Counted from the first letter of the stretch, positions 36,876 to 46,863 are shown. The stretch is 51,269 bases of DNA from Alphaproteobacteria bacterium (GCA_013151435.1 JAADIH010000108.1:1-51269), one strand, 5' to 3'. Notes: generated by a model not told the origin, from the sequence alone. Program-made: numbers and translations.

Positions 36876-38075
36876 TTAATTTTGTTCGTCCGCGATAAGC
36901 GATGCAGTCTCACGCGAGTAACGAATGCGATCAATGGAATTATTTTGTATCGCCTTAACAACATCATCAATCACAGACAAAGGAACAAGATACCATTCCT
37001 GCGGACGTACTTTTCGGCCGAAGCGATCAGGGATTTCAAGGTCGAGGCGGGCAGTTGCAAAGAAGCGGTGAAAGAGGCCTTCCAGCTTGATTCGGTTTAT
37101 ATTGTAGAGTTCGTATGTTGCGACGATCTCGACATCCGCCATCAAAAACGTAGGGTCGAGTTTTGCATTCGCAATCCGACGTTCAACTTTGCCGCCTGTA
37201 ACACCAATCTTGTGCAGAACTTCACGGTTTTCAGCGACGACCGGGTGATCAGATTGACTGCGAAGCACATAAATCGTTCCGCTTTCTTGATCATCTTCGC
37301 TTGCAGTGTTTCCAAACAAAGGCCCGGCAGATGGCTCCGTGATTCTGCGGCCGGTATTCTCCTTTTTATACAACGCGCGCTGAAAAGAGCGCATCAGCGC
37401 ATTCGCCTCAACGCCATTATCAAAAATCACGCGCATGCGCCGATTGGTGCGCCCTTCAGGCGTCAGAAATTCTTTTCCAACGCTGTGTACATAGGCTTTT
37501 TGGCCTCCGAGGATGAAGAATTGCCCCGGTAAAATATCTGTGTCACGCTTGAAAGGGCGCGATTCCCTGATCTTGTCGTTGAGTTCCTGTTGAACCTGCT
37601 CGAACAAAGGCTTGAACTTATCAAAGTCTTTGCACGGTTCTCGGTTCGCGACCTCTTCAGCGGCGCGTTTTTCAGCGCTCGATCGAACATGCTTTAGCTC
37701 GGTGATGTCTACGGTTTCTAGCTCGACGCCAAGCTCCGCAAGAAGTGCCTCATCATCTAGAGCATCCAGCTCGGGCGACGCTGAGCCATCGCTATTATCG
37801 AGAAGCCCCTGATGATCCAGCGGCTGTACAAGAGACCGGCATTCTTCAAGTTCACGGATTCTATCAAGCCGCGTTGCATAGAGTCGCTCGAAAATATCAC
37901 AATCTTCACCATGCTGCGGAGTGCGCCCGTGCTCTTCAAAAAAGCGTTGAATTTCTTCAAAGCCCGCGATGATGCGCTCTTCGCGCGGCGTGCGGCTGGG
38001 GGCCTTTTTGGTCTCAATCTCAACACCAAGTTCGGCGAGAAGGGCGTCATCTTCTTCTGTGAACTGCTTAACCAT
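36876..38075 (-). CDS. T5orf172/MUG113-type GIY-YIG nuclease (YeeC-like)
   Basis: GTIYVLRS...HKIGVT..VERRI, LEGLFHRFF and EWY motifs. The N-terminal D.ALLAELGVE motif occurs twice. Confidence 0.85.
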   Translation of the reverse strand: MVKQFTEEDDALLAELGVEIETKKAPSRTPREERIIAGFEEIQRFFEEHGRTPQHGEDCDIFERLYATRLDRIRELEECRSLVQPLDHQGLLDNSDGSASPELDALDDEALLAELGVELETVDITELKHVRSSAEKRAAEEVANREPCKDFDKFKPLFEQVQQELNDKIRESRPFKRDTDILPGQFFILGGQKAYVHSVGKEFLTPEGRTNRRMRVIFDNGVEANALMRSFQRALYKKENTGRRITEPSAGPLFGNTASEDDQESGTIYVLRSQSDHPVVAENREVLHKIGVTGGKVERRIANAKLDPTFLMADVEIVATYELYNINRIKLEGLFHRFFATARLDLEIPDRFGRKVRPQEWYLVPLSVIDDVVKAIQNNSIDRIRYSRETASLIADEQN

Positions 38076-40131
38076 CCGCTGCCTCTGCTTTCATGCGAGC
38101 AAGGAATGCGACGCCTTCGGCCATCTTCTTTTCCCAGGCGTCGGGAGAGGTGATTGAGGGAAGCCGCCCGCGCTCCTTTTTGAACTTCACTGCCCGCTTT
38201 GTGAGGTCGCGCGCTTCTTCTGGGGTTAGGTTGACGCGCTTGCCGGAGATGATAGCTGCAACCTGTTTCAGACTCTCTTCGTTCATAGTCTTCGCGAGAA
38301 TGGCGTAGGCCTCCCCGAAAGGATTGATACGATCAATCAGGTCGATATCGAGTTCGCGGACATCCATCGCGTACTTACGAACGCCATCTATAAGCGCCGT
38401 GCTGCCTTTCTCCTGATTGTCTCCGCCAACAGCGATTCCCTTCGCCTTCTGTGTCAAGTTGAGCGCGGCGACCGCATGTTGCCGAACGGCTTCTTGATCC
38501 TCGTCGTCAAGCTCGGGAAACTTGTCCTTGACGATCTTACCCATGCGCACCTGGGTAAGTTCCTCGGCGAGTGTTTCACCACCGGCATGCTCACCATCAA
38601 ACAGGCCGCGCTCAAGCGCCTGCTTATCCTGAACGAACGCCGTGATAACCTCGTTTAAGTCCTCCTTGCAGATGCGTTCGGCCTCTTTGGACTTAGGTTC
38701 TGCAAGGCCCTTGATCTCAATCTGGAACTGCCCGCTTTCTTCGTTGAACCCGACATTGGACTTCTTCGGATCGTAGCCGCCTTCGCCATAGTCGAAGCCT
38801 TCTATCGGTCCGCTCTGCGGGGTTTTCGGTGTAAAATTAAAGCGCGGCGCAAGAACCTGCTCCATCAGCAAGCTCGCGGCGATTGCCTTCAATGTGTCGT
38901 TAACAGCTTCGGTAACAGCTTCTTTGGAAGCATCCGGCTCGGCGATCAGGTTTGTGAAGCGTGCGCGGGTTTTGCCCTTCGCATCCCGCGTTGCACGTCC
39001 GATTATTTGAACAATCTCGGTCAGGCTGGCCCGGTATCCGACCGTCAAGGCGTGTTCGCACCAAATCCAGTCAAAGCCTTCTTTGGCCATGCCCAGTGCA
39101 ATGATGATGTCCACGTAATCGCGATCGGTCTTCATTATGGGATCGCGAAGACTGGATTGTATTCGCGCTTGCTGCCCAGCGGCGTCATCTACCAGATCAG
39201 CAATCTTCAGTACACGTCCATCAGGCGACTTCACAAGCTGGAAGCCAGTCTTCGGATCGGCGCCCTGCCATTCCCCCAGAGCATCGATGATATGCTCCAC
39301 TTCCTTGTGTTTGTCCTTCGTGCTCTCGCGCGAATTCACGTTCGGAATATGAATGATCGTCTTTTCATTCGGATCAAGCACGCTAAGGATGTCGTCGGCA
39401 TACGGACCGCTATAGAAGAAATACCCAATATCAAGCGTCTTCAAATACTTGTAACCGTTGAGCTGCTCATAATAGGTGTACGTGACTGTATCGAACTTCG
39501 CTTCATCATGTGGGTTAAGCACGTCTTCCGCATCGCCCCGGAAATAAGATCCCGTCATGGCCACCAAATGAACCTTGTCGCGGGCGATCAGCGCACCAAG
39601 ATGCTGGCCGAGCTTGTTGCCGGGGTTCGCCGAGACGTGGTGAAATTCATCCACAGCGATTAGTCTGTCATCGAACGCCTCTATTCCGAATTTTTCTACA
39701 GCGTTCCGAAAGGTGGCATGTGGGCAAACCAATACCTGATCGTCGCTTTTCAGGAATGCGCCTACCGAGTCGGCCTTGCTGCCATCTGTGCCAGGCGCGT
39801 TGCACAAGTTCCATTTGGGCCGCACGGTCCAGTCAGTCCAAAATCCAAACTCGCTCAACGGCTCATCATTAAAGCTCGACCCGATCGACTTCTCCGGCAC
39901 CGTGACAATCGCCTGTTTGAGCCCCTGATTGTGCAGCTTATCGAGCGCGATGAACATCAGCGCGCGGCTCTTGCCTGAGGCAGGCGGTGACTTGATCAGA
40001 AGATACTGCTCGCCCCTCTTCTCATAGGCGCGCTCCTGCATCGCCCGCATCCCCAGCTCATTCGACTTGGTCGAGGCGCCAGTTTGTGAATACGTAACGG
40101 TGACAGATGGGACCGGTTTTTGTTCGGCCAT
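38068..40131 (-). CDS. SF2 DEAD/DEAH-box helicase/ATPase (YeeB-like)
   Basis: SPPASGKS, VDEFHH, MTGS, KEGFD and QIIGRATR motifs. Confidence 0.9.
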   Translation of the reverse strand: MAEQKPVPSVTVTYSQTGASTKSNELGMRAMQERAYEKRGEQYLLIKSPPASGKSRALMFIALDKLHNQGLKQAIVTVPEKSIGSSFNDEPLSEFGFWTDWTVRPKWNLCNAPGTDGSKADSVGAFLKSDDQVLVCPHATFRNAVEKFGIEAFDDRLIAVDEFHHVSANPGNKLGQHLGALIARDKVHLVAMTGSYFRGDAEDVLNPHDEAKFDTVTYTYYEQLNGYKYLKTLDIGYFFYSGPYADDILSVLDPNEKTIIHIPNVNSRESTKDKHKEVEHIIDALGEWQGADPKTGFQLVKSPDGRVLKIADLVDDAAGQQARIQSSLRDPIMKTDRDYVDIIIALGMAKEGFDWIWCEHALTVGYRASLTEIVQIIGRATRDAKGKTRARFTNLIAEPDASKEAVTEAVNDTLKAIAASLLMEQVLAPRFNFTPKTPQSGPIEGFDYGEGGYDPKKSNVGFNEESGQFQIEIKGLAEPKSKEAERICKEDLNEVITAFVQDKQALERGLFDGEHAGGETLAEELTQVRMGKIVKDKFPELDDEDQEAVRQHAVAALNLTQKAKGIAVGGDNQEKGSTALIDGVRKYAMDVRELDIDLIDRINPFGEAYAILAKTMNEESLKQVAAIISGKRVNLTPEEARDLTKRAVKFKKERGRLPSITSPDAWEKKMAEGVAFLARMKAEAADG

Positions 40132-40140
40132 AGCTTCCCC

Positions 40141-41184
40141 TTATTTTATAACGCCAAATGCATCGATCAGGAAATCGACAGTTTCTTGGCTATAAAGTTT
40201 GCAGGCTGTGTTCTGGTTTGCGAAAATTCCCTGGAATGTTTTTGCTTCGGTCCGATCAAAAGTATTCTTCCAATCAATTCCCACGGCGTAGGCCCGCCTG
40301 TCCGGGTCGCCGGGATTGTCTATTAGATATGGCTTTGGCAAAACCGTCGTCAACTTGCGCCCGTCTTTTAACGTAAACTCACTGGCGGGTTGGCGTTCAC
40401 TCTTCACGACCCCATAGCCAAGATAGCCATTATTGACTTGGTAATAGAAAATTTCATCGCCCCCTGACAGCCGGGACAACCCATCCGTGTACCACTTACC
40501 GCCGCTTGCCGTTATGAAACCGTGCTGGCGCATATCTTCCCATGGGCGCATTTCTTCCGTCCCGCCGGTGACGTAATAATACCCGGTCCACGGTCCGCGT
40601 GTTTTCCTTGTAGCGCGATCCGTTACTTCCGCCTGTTCCAGAAGCGCTTCCGTTGTTAGCCATTCCTTTCCATCCTGCTCAAAGACGTTGAAGAAAGACG
40701 CATTAATCCCCACGCTATGCTCTTCGGAAAGGTATTCGATGATTCGCTTTGTGGCTTCGTCAACTTCGCTTGCAACGACGATCATCTGATGGGTCGCATT
40801 GAGTGTTTCAGGCAGGCTCTTGTCAAACTTGTTGCGATAGACTTCAGACAGCGAGCGCCCAATCTTTGCTTGGGCCAATTCATGAACCTCGTTCGTGGTG
40901 AGACGGCAAACCCACGACGCATAATCAAGGATTTGCGCGACGATATCGCGAGGGCTTCGGTCACGTTTCAACTCCACAATGATCAGATTTCCGTCCTGAT
41001 CGAGTGCGAGGATATCAATTCTCTTGCCGTGATCGGTTTCGACCTGTTGCCCAATAATGACGCCATCGACTCCAATGAGACTAAGATCATCGACAACCCA
41101 GCCTTCAATCGTCGCTTCAAAATCGAGCGGTTTGCGCCGTGTTTCGACAAGCCTGTTTTGATCAATACTGAATAACCGGGTCAT
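40141..41184 (-). CDS. NucS/EndoMS-like PD-(D/E)xK nuclease with a C-terminal putative EVE/PUA-like domain
   Basis: QQVETDHGKRIDILALDQDGNLIIVELKRD and QILDY motifs. C-terminal W.D...GF...GDEIFYY....YLGYGVV pattern. Confidence 0.75.
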   Translation of the reverse strand: MTRLFSIDQNRLVETRRKPLDFEATIEGWVVDDLSLIGVDGVIIGQQVETDHGKRIDILALDQDGNLIIVELKRDRSPRDIVAQILDYASWVCRLTTNEVHELAQAKIGRSLSEVYRNKFDKSLPETLNATHQMIVVASEVDEATKRIIEYLSEEHSVGINASFFNVFEQDGKEWLTTEALLEQAEVTDRATRKTRGPWTGYYYVTGGTEEMRPWEDMRQHGFITASGGKWYTDGLSRLSGGDEIFYYQVNNGYLGYGVVKSERQPASEFTLKDGRKLTTVLPKPYLIDNPGDPDRRAYAVGIDWKNTFDRTEAKTFQGIFANQNTACKLYSQETVDFLIDAFGVIK

Positions 41185-43955
41185 GACTTGGCCTTTTCAC
41201 GCTTTGGCTTCTTCTCCGCCTCAGTCATTTTTGTATAAAGTTCGAAAAGCTTTTCCAGCCGTTCGGTGTCGTTCTTAAAGCGGCGACCGATATAGATACG
41301 TTCAAGCACTTCATCGTTGCGGTCATGTGCAGCGCGCAGGTCGGCGGGCATCTTCTCAGGGTTATAAAGATCAGCGATGGTAGCGGGGAAATGTGCCTCG
41401 CGGGCCAAAATAATGTCTTCCGCACAGCGGGTCAGGTCAGCCCTATTTTTTTCGGTGAGCCTCAGGACGGGAAAGGTGTTCCAGCCCATTGTGTTGGAAT
41501 AGCGGAAGTCCGTTTTCATTTTCCCACACACTGTACCGATCCAGACCAGATGGATACGGGAAGCGATGAGCGCCATGTTCCAGAGGGGGGCATCGTAGAG
41601 CGCAAATGCCTGATTGGTTGTTAAAGCATCAGCACCTTTCAGGTCAGTAGGAATATAATATCGTTGCTCAGATGATATAGTTGGCACCAGCACAAGATGG
41701 TTTATTGCTACGTTTCTATCACGATACTGATGCGGTCGGATCGCCAACTTGTTCAGTGATTTATCGCGACTAGCTGTTCGCACTTTTCTCACCGCCACTA
41801 TTCTGTCAGAAATTTCAGCCTCGCTCTGCGCCAACGACAACATATCGTCATCGATCCAAATACAGAACCTAGTCAATCCTTTAATAAATTCTTGCGCCCC
41901 ATACACTGGCCTAATCAAAGGAATAAGATCTGGTCGTTTTTGGAGGAGAGCAGACCGCTCAAACCCTTTTAAGGTCAAATGGTTTCCATCGCCCGGATAG
42001 TTTCCGTACTTCATTTCGGAGAGCGCAGCCAGAGGAGTCGAGCGCTTCTCAACGAAGAAATCCGATCCTTCTACCAAGTAGGCGTTTATGTTTGAAACCT
42101 TCTTTGAGATGAAAGCTCCATCATCGCCTAGCGAGAAGATTGTCCGGTCTTTGGAAGAGTGAGACGCAATCCCAACGACAACCACAGTAACGCCTGCGTT
42201 GTGACTCGCTAGATTACTCCACTTAAAACTAGTATGTGCAAAAAAAATCTGATGATTGGTTGAATATATCAGCGGCCAGAGTGTTGGCACATGTTGCCCT
42301 TGGCAAATCGAGTTAGTTGACACAAATGCTGTCGCGGCCTCAGTGGCTTGACCGAAGTCAGCGGCCTTGATGAACCAACCGCAAACGTAGTCTAAGGACT
42401 TCCAGCCAGTAACTCGCCCTTTAAAGAGGTTTTTCAGATCGCTTTTTTGCTCATCGGTTTGTTCTCTTGATCCCTTATACGGCGGATTACCGCAAACGTA
42501 AGTTTCTCCCCCTTCGTTCTCGAAATCGATCTGAGCCTGCTCAAGGGGAGAGTGGAATAGGTCATCGGCATGATGTTTCACGCCCATCCCGGTGGGCGGG
42601 CAGATGCTTAGCCAGTCGAGCCGCAATGCATTGCCACAAGTGATCCAGTTCATTGCGTCGAGCGGCAGGAATTCCGCCAGGGCTTCCTTCTGGCCGCGAT
42701 AGGTCACGTCACACTGATACTCGGCGATGATCAGCGCCAGCCGCGCAATCTCGGCAGGAAAGTCTCGCAGCTCGACCCCCCGATAATTGGTCAACGGAAT
42801 TTCCGTGCGGCGGTCGTCCTCGCCACGTCGCCTGTTGATCTCAGCCTCGATGGCCCGCAATTCCTTGTAGGCAATCACGAGAAAATTGCCCGATCCGCAA
42901 GCAGGATCGAAAACCCTGATTTTGGCAATACGGTTGCGCAAGTTTAGCAGCTTGCGGGAATTATCTCCCGCCTCTTCCAGCTTTTCGCGCAAGTCATCAA
43001 GGAACAGTGGATTGAGGACCTTCAGGATGTTCGGCACGCTCGTATAGTGCATGCCAAGCGCGCCGCGTTCTTCATCATCCGCCACGGCCTGGATCATCGA
43101 ACCGAAGATGTCGGGGTTGATCTTCGTCCAGTCGAGGCTGCCGATGTGGAGAAGATAGGAACGCGCAATCTTCGAAAAGCGCGGGACGTCCAACGAGCCG
43201 GAGAAAAGCCCGCCATTCACATAAGGGAACACATCCGCCCAACGCGGCAGTTTCGCCGTTGCTCGATCCTTGGTTTGCGTGTTCATGGCGCGAAAAAGTT
43301 CGCTTATTACTTCATGGGTGTTTGAGCTATCGCGCGCGCTCATCTGCTCTATGGTGGCGGTGAACAGGTTTTCGCCGTTCAGAATGTCGGTGTCTTCAGC
43401 AAAGAATAAAAAGATAAGGCGCGCCATGAAGTGATTCATGTCGGGGCGGCGATCGGCTGTACCCCAATCGGAGTTATCTTTCAGCAGCTCGACATAGAGC
43501 CGGTTCAGGCGCCCGGTCGCTTTGATATCGAAAGAGCTTTCGCGGATTTGCTTAACGGTGGTGATACCCGCGAGCGGCAGGAAGAACCCGAAATGATCGG
43601 GGAAGTCCTTATATGCACACGCGATCGGTGGGTCGTCGGATGTCAGGTCTTCCGCTTCAAGCATCTGGCCATCCGTTGCGAGGATGAATTTCGCCTTGGC
43701 TTTCGTCGTCGCAGGGCTGACTTTTAGCGCCGCCAGGGTTTGCGAAACCTCGCCTTCAGAACAAACCACAATGTGGATGTTGTTGGTCTGAAGAATGCCG
43801 CCCAGATCGGACTTGTTCGATACGCCGCTGCGAAGCCGTTTGATCGTCGCCGTCTTGTTGCCGAACGCTTCAAGGAACGCGAACGGGAACTCCTGAGCAT
43901 CAAAAGACTGCTCAGCGAGTGCGGAAATGGCTTCTTCGATTTCAACGGCATTCAC
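41181..43955 (-). CDS. MmeI-family (YeeA-like) N6-adenine DNA methyltransferase with target-recognition domain
   Basis: YVNGGLF, IFGSMIQ, GMHYTS, FDPACGSGNF (motif I), GNPPY (motif IV), STNSICQG and RYSNTMGWNTFP motifs. Confidence 0.92.
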   Translation of the reverse strand: MNAVEIEEAISALAEQSFDAQEFPFAFLEAFGNKTATIKRLRSGVSNKSDLGGILQTNNIHIVVCSEGEVSQTLAALKVSPATTKAKAKFILATDGQMLEAEDLTSDDPPIACAYKDFPDHFGFFLPLAGITTVKQIRESSFDIKATGRLNRLYVELLKDNSDWGTADRRPDMNHFMARLIFLFFAEDTDILNGENLFTATIEQMSARDSSNTHEVISELFRAMNTQTKDRATAKLPRWADVFPYVNGGLFSGSLDVPRFSKIARSYLLHIGSLDWTKINPDIFGSMIQAVADDEERGALGMHYTSVPNILKVLNPLFLDDLREKLEEAGDNSRKLLNLRNRIAKIRVFDPACGSGNFLVIAYKELRAIEAEINRRRGEDDRRTEIPLTNYRGVELRDFPAEIARLALIIAEYQCDVTYRGQKEALAEFLPLDAMNWITCGNALRLDWLSICPPTGMGVKHHADDLFHSPLEQAQIDFENEGGETYVCGNPPYKGSREQTDEQKSDLKNLFKGRVTGWKSLDYVCGWFIKAADFGQATEAATAFVSTNSICQGQHVPTLWPLIYSTNHQIFFAHTSFKWSNLASHNAGVTVVVVGIASHSSKDRTIFSLGDDGAFISKKVSNINAYLVEGSDFFVEKRSTPLAALSEMKYGNYPGDGNHLTLKGFERSALLQKRPDLIPLIRPVYGAQEFIKGLTRFCIWIDDDMLSLAQSEAEISDRIVAVRKVRTASRDKSLNKLAIRPHQYRDRNVAINHLVLVPTISSEQRYYIPTDLKGADALTTNQAFALYDAPLWNMALIASRIHLVWIGTVCGKMKTDFRYSNTMGWNTFPVLRLTEKNRADLTRCAEDIILAREAHFPATIADLYNPEKMPADLRAAHDRNDEVLERIYIGRRFKNDTERLEKLFELYTKMTEAEKKPKREKAKS

Positions 43956-44142
43956 GCCATGCTTCCCTTAAACTTTCTTTGCAATCCACCGCTTTTGGTA
44001 AGCTGAGTTCTATCCCAGATCATGGCCTGAATAACGCATTCAATGAACCTATAGTGATGAAACAAATCGGCCAAGCCGGTTGTAGGGCGCAAATGTCCGC
44101 TAGAGAAGCGACCGCAGAGTATTTGATGCTACTCCCCCTTGT

Positions 44143-45240
44143 TCATCGCCTGCCCCCAATCTGGCGCATCATCCATGCAAGGGCTTCGGGCGGCACCGAT
44201 TCGCTCGCCGGATTGTGACCCTTGGCGAGCCCGGCCATGATTTCCCCAGTCTGGCAATCGTCTATCTTACCGTAGCTAGTCCAAGTGGTCATTGGCTTTT
44301 CGTGGCCAAGGTTTTGGCTCCACGCTTTCGCCTCTTTCAAGTTCAGGTTGAGGTTATAGGCTAGACGCGCCAGCGTCTTGCGGAAACTGTGCGGGCGGAA
44401 ATAGGGCAATCCTGCCGCTTCAAACCGTTCCCGGAAAATTCGGCGTATCGCCGTTGCGTCTCGCCAGTAGGCACGTTTCAGGCCAGTAACGGCAAAGGCG
44501 CCGTCATCATTCGGGCGAATGGCGGTTTGTGGAAAAAGCGGGTCCGTTTCTGCATACAGCAACTCTGTTTTCAAAAAGCCAACCCAGCCTTCAACAATCT
44601 GGACAAATTCATCACCAACGGGAAAGAAAAATGTGGTCATGGTTTTTGAGTTTTTTGTTTCGACCACACGCGCATCTTGAAACACTTCGCGGCGGGCTAG
44701 GTTCACGTTTCCTAATGGCAGTGAAGCGATTGCGGCGTCGCGCATGCCTGTTAGCAACGTAAAGGCTATAAGAGCGCGATCTCTTTTCTCCACCGCAGAT
44801 TGGCCCGACGCGGTGGAGACGACATGCCGGATTTGATCAATCGTCGGGACTGGCGTCTCGCGAACAGCTCTGGCGATGCGGTCTTGTTTTGCCGACGGGC
44901 TGAAATATGCAACGTCGGTAAAGTCAACTTTGCTTTTGTAGCCGGGTTGGTCTGACAACCATTCAAAGAAGGCTTTGACCATGTTGAGGCGCGCGCGGAT
45001 CGTCGCCTGGGATAACGGCTTGCCGGTACGTTCATTCTTGGCGGCTTCCAGATCACTCTTGAATTTGCGCGCCTGCTCGAAGTGAAAGGCGGCAAAGTCG
45101 CGGTGGCGCGTTGACCGCTCAAACAGGGAAATCGCAGCGGCAACCTGCGTCGTCGTCTTCACGTCCTTGCGTCTCGCGTCTTCTAGCCAGGTCAAATATT
45201 TTTTCTTAATACGCTCGTTCTTCGCATGAAACTTCGCCAC
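44143..45240 (-). CDS. Tyrosine recombinase/integrase (second)
   Basis: LLTGMR, TKNSK, HSFRKT, NLGHE and TSYG catalytic residues are intact. Confidence 0.9.
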   Translation of the reverse strand: MAKFHAKNERIKKKYLTWLEDARRKDVKTTTQVAAAISLFERSTRHRDFAAFHFEQARKFKSDLEAAKNERTGKPLSQATIRARLNMVKAFFEWLSDQPGYKSKVDFTDVAYFSPSAKQDRIARAVRETPVPTIDQIRHVVSTASGQSAVEKRDRALIAFTLLTGMRDAAIASLPLGNVNLARREVFQDARVVETKNSKTMTTFFFPVGDEFVQIVEGWVGFLKTELLYAETDPLFPQTAIRPNDDGAFAVTGLKRAYWRDATAIRRIFRERFEAAGLPYFRPHSFRKTLARLAYNLNLNLKEAKAWSQNLGHEKPMTTWTSYGKIDDCQTGEIMAGLAKGHNPASESVPPEALAWMMRQIGGRR

Positions 45241-45284
45241 GCTTTTAGCTCCTCGTTATAGTGAACACTTAGGCAGGGGTGTTT

Positions 45285-45719
45285 TCATTCAATTAGGTGT
45301 TTGAGGTGATGTTGAGCCGAAAGGCGTACAGACGCGGTAAGGTCCGAGAGGGTTGGTATTGAAAACCGCTTATGCATCACGGTTGCGCACCAGCAGCAAA
45401 GCGCCCGGACGTTGCAAGTTCGGCGATTGGCTGACACGATCTCGCCTTCCTCGAAGGCGGCATGGCGCGGCTCGCGACACTTCAAACAATACCACTCGTC
45501 TGTTGCGCATTTCTGTTTTTTCGGCTTACGCCATTCCAGATAAGCGCGGAGTGTTTTGCCTTGGACAAGAATTGGCCTGCCATCATCGATGGGCTTCAAA
45601 TCGCCGTTTCTAATCCACCGCAACACAGTGCCCTTATGAACGCGAAGGGCGTCGGCAATGTCTTTGGCGGGGTAGCTGCGATGAATACTGATAGACCGGC
45701 CGTTCAGCTTACGCGCCAT
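45285..45719 (-). CDS. Helix-turn-helix (excisionase/MerR-like) protein with C-terminal Cys cluster
   Basis: DIADALRVHKGTVLRWIRNG HTH, plus CLKC and CCWC pairs. Confidence 0.75.
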   Translation of the reverse strand: MARKLNGRSISIHRSYPAKDIADALRVHKGTVLRWIRNGDLKPIDDGRPILVQGKTLRAYLEWRKPKKQKCATDEWYCLKCREPRHAAFEEGEIVSANRRTCNVRALCCWCATVMHKRFSIPTLSDLTASVRLSAQHHLKHLIE

Positions 45720-45927
45720 CGCCGGGAACACCGTTGGCGATGAGCGCGTGGATTTCTTCCGCCCGCCACACAGTCACGCGGGCGCCGAGCTTGAGCGGTT
45801 TTGGAAAACGCCCATCCTTCACACCCGCCCACCAGGTGGATTTAGACACGGGGATAGGCCCGTCAGGGGCAAGGATATGTTTAAGGCGTACAAAGCCGGT
45901 GTGAGGTAGTGTAGCTGCGTTGATCAT
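45709..45927 (-). CDS. AlpA-family regulator/excisionase
   Basis: FVRLKHIL...VSKSTWWAGVKDGRFPKPLKLGARVTVW motif. Confidence 0.9.
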   Translation of the reverse strand: MINAATLPHTGFVRLKHILAPDGPIPVSKSTWWAGVKDGRFPKPLKLGARVTVWRAEEIHALIANGVPGDGA

Positions 45928-46100
45928 TATGCGACTCCGGTTGGTTGCGTCGCATAAGAAATTTAGAAAAATCGGTGATGAAGATAGGCTATAGATCGCA
46001 AATAACCTGCGATGAAAAAGATCACATTATGCAGCAGGATACCGGGGAACATACCATACAATCGGGCCGTCGCGATTATTCAAGCAGTAATTTCAGAGCG

Positions 46101-46808
46101 TTAGAATGGTATATCGTCGTCCATTTCGTAGGGCCAACCGTTGGCCGTTTCCTTTGAACGATCCTGTACGGACATTTGAACCTTCAAGTCGATGGGCTTT
46201 TCTTCTGTGCTCTCTTTTGATGGAGTGCGCGGCGCGCCTCCTTTCGTCTGCCAATTCACGATCTGGGAAATGCTAGCGACAACTGATTCGTTGGGCTTTC
46301 CGTCGTCGTCACAGATTCCATATTCGGCAGCGTGTTTTCGGAGCCATTTTTGAACGGCTTGCTTCGGTGTTTTGCCTTCGAGCTTTGATTTATCGTCTAA
46401 CCAATTCCAGGCAGTAACGGCCGCAGCAAGTTTTGCCGAATACCTTGTGTGCCCCTTATCCAGATATTCACTGACATTGGATTCGGGAAAAAAGAAAAAA
46501 TGTCTAGTGACATTCTTTGAAGTGAGCCATGCCTTAAGGCTATCAACATCAACGAACGACTGCTGAACGTTTACGTAAGGCTCTCCATCATCGTTGTATG
46601 GCTGATCGTAAGCAAACTTGCCGTCAATCGTTTCCTTTCTGAGCCCGGAAATAATGGCATGCTTGGCACCATCATACCCATCGGGCTGTTTGCCGATATT
46701 TCGGTGTTCAACGCCAAAATGATCAGAGGGGTTATGCCCGGCGACTAAAAGCGCAGCATGCTCAATGGTTAGTTGATCGCAAAGCTTCCAAAAATCGATG
46801 CTTTCCAT
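46101..46808 (-). CDS. Hypothetical island protein ending in an SSB-like acidic tail
   Basis: 235-aa ORF with GGAG RBS, located between the integrase and alpA. C-terminus is EMDDDIPF. Confidence 0.75.
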   Translation of the reverse strand: MESIDFWKLCDQLTIEHAALLVAGHNPSDHFGVEHRNIGKQPDGYDGAKHAIISGLRKETIDGKFAYDQPYNDDGEPYVNVQQSFVDVDSLKAWLTSKNVTRHFFFFPESNVSEYLDKGHTRYSAKLAAAVTAWNWLDDKSKLEGKTPKQAVQKWLRKHAAEYGICDDDGKPNESVVASISQIVNWQTKGGAPRTPSKESTEEKPIDLKVQMSVQDRSKETANGWPYEMDDDIPF

Positions 46809-46863
46809 ATTGGCTCCGAAATTACAGAGCTGAAATATAGATACGATTGCGTCCTATTTCATC

